DNA of 64,000 nt, from positions 45,743 through 109,742 of the forward strand of contig JADHSM010000001.1 in assembly GCA_016776905.1 (NCBI GenBank), given 5' to 3'. The position numbers and the translations under genes are program-made. The DNA comes from Planctomycetota bacterium. GTDB taxonomy: Bacteria; Planctomycetota; UBA8108; UBA1146. This document shows, piece after piece, positions 59,610 through 64,000 of this stretch. Every line of letters begins with the position of its first letter. Position 1 is the first letter of the stretch. The notes under the pieces are model-generated. The model was given only the letters and a program-made list of their open reading frames with translations, had not been told where the DNA came from and did no database searches.

Positions 59610-60036
59610 CAGTGAAAAGTCAATGCGGGAGTCATCAGGTGTTGAATCATGCTTTAGGTTGGGAACTCATGCGGGGGATAAAGGCTTCGTCGGTCTATCT
59701 GGTGTTTATCTGCGGTGCAGGAACAACGTGCAGTCTCTTGCTGTGGATAAGTTGTGTATAAGTATTTATGGAATCGACCTGAGTTTTCGGAGTTTCTAGG
59801 ATGAATTTTTAATTTAAAGGAGCGGCTTTAAATGAATTCTGTCCATGAAAAACCAAGGGGTCGAGAAGTTTTTTGGCGGGGCATTTCCTAAAGATAAGGA
59901 TGCATGTGTTCTTTTTCGAATATGATGTCGCTCTGGTCAAAATCAATGAATTTTTGCTCGTATGTTTCCCTTTGGCATGAGGGAAACATTCGGAGTTGTC
60001 TGAGGGAAGAGAATAGAAAACAGAGGATTAAGATCG

Positions 60037-60591
60037 ATGACAAAGAGAACGGCTGGGCGATCCAAATTGAAGTCTTCCTCCACAAGAAGGAAGAGAAATA
60101 CCTATTCAGATGCTTTTCGTCGCAAGGTGGTGACATTTTCCGTGAAAAACGGAATCGTTGCCGCAGCACAAAAGTTCGATGTTTCGACTCCTAGCGTGAC
60201 CAATTGGCGCAAAGATTTCGGAGTCACTCGTGCGACGAAGGAAGCGGCAACCCAGGGTAAGAAGTTTAATATTCCCCAAAACCCAACTAAGAACCACGCA
60301 CCTTCAGGAAGAAAGAATTATTCCGACTCTTTCCGAGAAGAAGTGGCCAAATTTTCTGCACTAGAGGGTGTCGAAAAGACGGCGATTCGATTTGGAGTCA
60401 GCGCACCCAGCGTGACCAATTGGAGGAGAGAATTTGGCGTGAACCGCCAGATGCGTGCAGAGCTTCTTGAGGAGCGTAAAAAGTTGGGTTTGGAGGGGGC
60501 CGGTGCCCCAAGCAGGAAAGAAATCCAGCGGATACGCAATCAGGTGAAGCGAGCTCTCGATTTACTGGATACACTGCTGGAAGAAGAATAG
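60037..60591 (+). CDS. Protein with two tandem IS3-OrfA-like HTH (HTH_Tnp_1-like) modules and a C-terminal coiled coil; no transposase catalytic partner
   Basis: YSDAFRRKVVTFSVKNGIVAAAQKFDVSTPSVTNWRKDFGV and YSDSFREEVAKFSALEGVEKTAIRFGVSAPSVTNWRREFGV, then a leucine-zipper-like tail. Confidence 0.55.
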   Translation: MTKRTAGRSKLKSSSTRRKRNTYSDAFRRKVVTFSVKNGIVAAAQKFDVSTPSVTNWRKDFGVTRATKEAATQGKKFNIPQNPTKNHAPSGRKNYSDSFREEVAKFSALEGVEKTAIRFGVSAPSVTNWRREFGVNRQMRAELLEERKKLGLEGAGAPSRKEIQRIRNQVKRALDLLDTLLEEE

Positions 60592-60694
60592 TCCACTTTT
60601 GAGAACCAGCATGCAGCCCAGCTGACGTGAATTGTTCATGAATCAGACTGGTGTTGTTGTTCTTAATAGTTCCAGTAAGAAGTTAGGTGTATCC

Positions 60695-61681
60695 ATGCCC
60701 AGAGATGGTCACGGTCGAATAATCGATTACCTCCGAATCTCTGTGATGGATCGCTGTAATCTGCGTTGCACTTATTGCATGCCCCTCGAAGGGCTTAAGT
60801 TTCTTCCCGAAGAGTCTCTGCTCTCGGCTGAAGAGATAGGTCTCGTTGTCCAGGCGGCAACAGCATCTGGTTTTCGAAAGTTTCGTATCACCGGTGGTGA
60901 GCCCACTCTGAGAAAAGACTTAATCGATATCATTCAGAGGATGAGAGCGGCTGCTCCAGAAGCAGATATTGCGATGACGACAAATGGAATTCTTCTACCC
61001 TCGATGGCAGAAGAATTGAAATCCGCTGGGCTCAACAGAGTCAACATTCATCTGGATACTCTCGATGGTGATCGATTACGTCAGGTGATGAGGCTTTCTG
61101 ACCTTGACCGAATCATGTCAGGAATCGAAGCTGCTAAGCAGGCAGGCTTGACTCCTATTAAAATTAATTCGGTCGTAGTGAGAGGCGTGAATGACGAAGA
61201 CGTGATCGATCTCGCCAAGAAGACATTGACTGAGCCATGGCAGGTTCGATTTATTGAATTGATGCCATTTGGCAGCGGGGAACCTGAAGAGATTGCCCAA
61301 CAAAAAGGGGTGCCTTCCTCTGAATCAAAAATACGGATCGAGAAAGCTCTCGGACCTCTCACTTCTCTACAGGCAAAAGATCCCTCTGACGAAAGTCGTA
61401 ATTTTAAACTTGAGAATGCTGAGGGATCTGTCGGATTTATAAGCCCCGTTTCTGACCCATTTTGCGCCTTTTGTAATCGGGTTCGGTTGTCTGCTGAAGG
61501 TCGCTTGTTGCTTTGTCTTCTCCGAGATGACGAAGCAGATCTCAGAGGTGTGATTCGGAATGGCGGCGGCGTTTCCGAGATAAAGAAAGCCTTAGAGGCT
61601 GCGATATTGACCAAGCCAGTGGGGCACGCACTTGACCAGGGTATTCATGCAAGTCGTCGAATGCATGAAATAGGCGGTTAG
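60695..61681 (+). CDS. moaA: GTP 3',8-cyclase (radical SAM)
   Basis: DYLRISVMDRCNLRCTYCMP has the CxxxCxxC cluster. The ATG at 60695 follows AGGTG; the ORF track starts at 60632. Confidence 0.85.
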   Translation: MPRDGHGRIIDYLRISVMDRCNLRCTYCMPLEGLKFLPEESLLSAEEIGLVVQAATASGFRKFRITGGEPTLRKDLIDIIQRMRAAAPEADIAMTTNGILLPSMAEELKSAGLNRVNIHLDTLDGDRLRQVMRLSDLDRIMSGIEAAKQAGLTPIKINSVVVRGVNDEDVIDLAKKTLTEPWQVRFIELMPFGSGEPEEIAQQKGVPSSESKIRIEKALGPLTSLQAKDPSDESRNFKLENAEGSVGFISPVSDPFCAFCNRVRLSAEGRLLLCLLRDDEADLRGVIRNGGGVSEIKKALEAAILTKPVGHALDQGIHASRRMHEIGG

Positions 61682-61682
61682 G

Positions 61683-62186
61683 TTGTCGGGGTTTTTTCGA
61701 GGCTTGACTGTTGTTTTGTTTCTACTGGCGTTATTTGTTTTCTTTGTAGTAGGTTTGGGTTCCTCCAAAGAAAATCTGCGCGATGTCGTCATAGGAATGC
61801 AAAACGGTTTCAACGAAGAGGATGCCGGAGACGTTCTTGCACATTGCACACCTGATTTCATGGAATCAACATATCAACTCGACCAGGCAACCTTCAGAGG
61901 GGCTTTGTTCAGAATATTTCTGGGACAAAGAGACCGTGTCGATAAATCCTTCAAATGGAGAGTCTTTGTCGATACTGAAGAAATCTTGTTGGATCCGGAG
62001 CCGGATGAAAATACAAAACTTCCTGTCAGAGTGACCGCTCCAGTACAGTTCATCAGAGCGAAAGATAAGACGATGACTCCAGTGTGGGTATTAGAAGTCT
62101 CTGGTGAGGCCATTCTTTGCGAGGATGGTAAGTGGCGATTTCGCAGGGCTAGATTCAAGACTCTTTCCGGTAAAAGACCATTCTAA
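61683..62186 (+). CDS. Membrane-anchored hypothetical protein (possible NTF2-like fold)
   Basis: N-terminal TM helix. It starts 2 nt after the moaA stop. Confidence 0.4.
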   Translation: MSGFFRGLTVVLFLLALFVFFVVGLGSSKENLRDVVIGMQNGFNEEDAGDVLAHCTPDFMESTYQLDQATFRGALFRIFLGQRDRVDKSFKWRVFVDTEEILLDPEPDENTKLPVRVTAPVQFIRAKDKTMTPVWVLEVSGEAILCEDGKWRFRRARFKTLSGKRPF

Positions 62187-62196
62187 CTGATAAAGG

Positions 62197-63132
62197 TTAG
62201 CCCACATCTCTCCGCGCGAACAATGCCACTCCCAGTGACAATATTGCTGAAATGACCAAAGCGGTCCATAGCATTGCCCAACCCAATGCTTCGGGGCTGA
62301 CACTCCCGCCACGAATCAATCCATCTGAAATCCAAAGCCTTTGGAGGTCAGGGAACATTCGCACCCAAGAATAATCTCTGCCGATGGACCCGACGATCAC
62401 TCCTGACATCAAGGTACCTAGCGTCACCGCAAGAGTTGCGGGAGTTGGTAATCGTGTTGAAGCCGTGAGTGCGACTGCTGCCAGGATCAGTACGGTGAGG
62501 TGAACCATGATCATCGCTGCAAAAACGCTGGGCTCTACGATACGGAGGGGAGAGATCCAATCTCCTGAAGGGTTTTGGCTGATGGCGATGACTGCGGATA
62601 TTCCTAATAACAGTGAACAAGATTTGGAGAGATTTGCGGGGAAACTATGACCTTGTCGGTGTTTCCAAGCGGCAAAGATCAATGAAAGACTTAATCCACA
62701 AAATGCCAAAAGGAGTACCGGCGTTTCGTCGACTTGTAGTCGTGAGTGAATCGTTCGATGTCGAATCGCAAGGAGTAATGTCGCCATCCAAGAGATTTGA
62801 GCGAGGCTTAGAGCAAGAGTAATCCCCAGAAACTTTCCGAGGATGAGAGACCAGCGCGGAATGGGCTTGCTGAGAAGAACCATAATTGTTCTTCGTCTGA
62901 TCTCATCGCCGAGACTAGAGGCTGCTGTGAAAGCACCGAGAAATACACCAACGGCCAACATAGAACTGAGGCTGATGTCGATGAGTAGGCTATTTTCGTC
63001 TCCAAGTGCAAAGGCACTCAAAACTGGAGACACTGCGATCAGGGCTATTCCCGTCAGAAGCAGGACAGCATGGAATCCTGGTCGAAGTGCTTCTAGGAAC
63101 GCAGCTTTCGCAATCAATAAGATAGTTCTCAA
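62197..63132 (-). CDS. ABC-2-type transporter permease
   Basis: 311 aa, six or more TM segments, ABC-2-like hydrophobic pattern. Confidence 0.55.
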   Translation of the reverse strand: MRTILLIAKAAFLEALRPGFHAVLLLTGIALIAVSPVLSAFALGDENSLLIDISLSSMLAVGVFLGAFTAASSLGDEIRRRTIMVLLSKPIPRWSLILGKFLGITLALSLAQISWMATLLLAIRHRTIHSRLQVDETPVLLLAFCGLSLSLIFAAWKHRQGHSFPANLSKSCSLLLGISAVIAISQNPSGDWISPLRIVEPSVFAAMIMVHLTVLILAAVALTASTRLPTPATLAVTLGTLMSGVIVGSIGRDYSWVRMFPDLQRLWISDGLIRGGSVSPEALGWAMLWTALVISAILSLGVALFARRDVG

Positions 63133-63258
63133 GGATTCCAGAATTTGTTCCTTTCGAGTACAGCCAGGGACGAGACTGTTAGATTCTCGTCCTTGTTCCT
63201 TATACTATCCTGATGAATGTAGGGGAATCCATTCAAGTCACGGAAGGACGGTATCTCC

Positions 63259-64000
63259 TTGTCTGAGTCAGTTATTGAAGTGAGCGGACTGTGGAAAGTC
63301 TTCCGGGATTTCTGGATGCGTCCACGTGTTGAAGCCATTAGGGGGATTGACCTAAAGATTCAAAAAGGGGAAGTCTTCGGATTATTGGGACCTAATGGTT
63401 CCGGGAAATCGACAACGATTCAGGTTTTGCTAGGGCTTTTGTTTCCAACGAGAGGCGAAGTCAAAGTTTTAGGGGGAAATCCGGGATCGAGTGAATCCAA
63501 AAAAAGAATCGGTTATCTCCCTGAAGATTCCGTTTTCTATCCCTTCCTGACTGGAAGAGAAATGCTCAACTTATGTGCCCGTTTAAGTCAGGTCCCCGAG
63601 GATTGTCGAAAGTCTCGTGTTGAGGAGCTACTGAGAATGGTCGGACTCACAGCCGCTGCCGATCGGGAGATAGGCGATTATTCCAAGGGGATGCAGCGCA
63701 GGATAGGAGTTGCACAAGCACTGATCCACGATCCCGAATTGATTATTTTGGATGAGCCTACAAATGGACTCGATCCGATCGGAGTTCGTCAGGTCAAGGA
63801 TTGGATTAGAGGTCTTCAAAAACGTGGAAAGACGATTTTGATCACGAGTCACCTCCTTGCGGATGTCGAAGAAGTTTGTGACCGGGTTTCCATATTGTAT
63901 GGGGGGAAGGTTCAAGACGAAGGAGAAGTCGAAGACATCCTAGAGCACCAAAACCAAAGTCAGTGGATCACAACTACTCCAAAAGAAGATCAAGTCTCTG
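63259..64000 (+). CDS. ABC transporter ATP-binding protein, 3' end truncated by the window edge
   Basis: My translation gives GLLGPNGSGKST (Walker A), YSKGMQRRIGVAQAL (signature) and IILDEPTNGLD (Walker B). The likely TTG start at 63259 follows GGAAGGA. It is absent from the ORF track because it has no stop. Confidence 0.7.
   Translation, partial: MSESVIEVSGLWKVFRDFWMRPRVEAIRGIDLKIQKGEVFGLLGPNGSGKSTTIQVLLGLLFPTRGEVKVLGGNPGSSESKKRIGYLPEDSVFYPFLTGREMLNLCARLSQVPEDCRKSRVEELLRMVGLTAAADREIGDYSKGMQRRIGVAQALIHDPELIILDEPTNGLDPIGVRQVKDWIRGLQKRGKTILITSHLLADVEEVCDRVSILYGGKVQDEGEVEDILEHQNQSQWITTTPKEDQVS

Noticed and set aside
59700-59716. 10-mer ttatctgcgg shared between the 7311 duplication and the 59706 intergenic region
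   Set aside because: A single 10-bp match in 64 kb is within chance expectation and there is no extended similarity.
59610-60600. IS3-family insertion sequence
   Set aside because: Only an OrfA-like double-HTH gene is present. There is no DDE transposase ORF, no programmed-frameshift motif and no terminal inverted repeats that I could see, so it is not annotated as a mobile element.

Overview
This 64-kb window is a moderate-GC (about 55%) chromosomal segment. It is densely coding, mostly housekeeping and metabolic genes, with several Planctomycetota-like hallmarks: a dockerin-tailed secreted enzyme, a large FG-GAP protein, a HEAT/vWA protein, lipoproteins, and many short perfect tandem duplications at gene 5' ends.

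I found no rRNA, tRNA, CRISPR array or clear mobile element. About 60 CDS are supported.

Recognisable blocks:
- An Mrp/Mbh-type multisubunit cation/H+ antiporter cluster (mrpE-F-G-A'-B-C-D order) that runs off the left edge.
- A LAB_N plus GT2 polyprenyl-phosphate glycosyltransferase pair.
- A MacAB-like HlyD/ABC/FtsX/FtsX exporter.
- An aliphatic amidase.
- dinB and lexA, each with a GAAC-N4-GTTC (Cheo-type) SOS operator.
- A lipid-handling island: enoyl-CoA hydratase, SDR and thioesterase, then a DUF1302/DUF1329/BNR-propeller/MMPL-RND module, then fadE.
- hutU-hutI, ispH, dihydroorotase, fabI, nadE, gltA, moaDE and moaA.
- queF and queA, 28 kb apart.
- truD, a DASS transporter, and a partial ABC pair at the right edge.

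All domain calls come from reading the translated ORFs against remembered family motifs. No database search was possible.

Many ORF-track coordinates use alternative start codons (TTG/GTG) that read through upstream tandem repeats. Where an internal ATG with a Shine-Dalgarno-like tract is more plausible I give that start.
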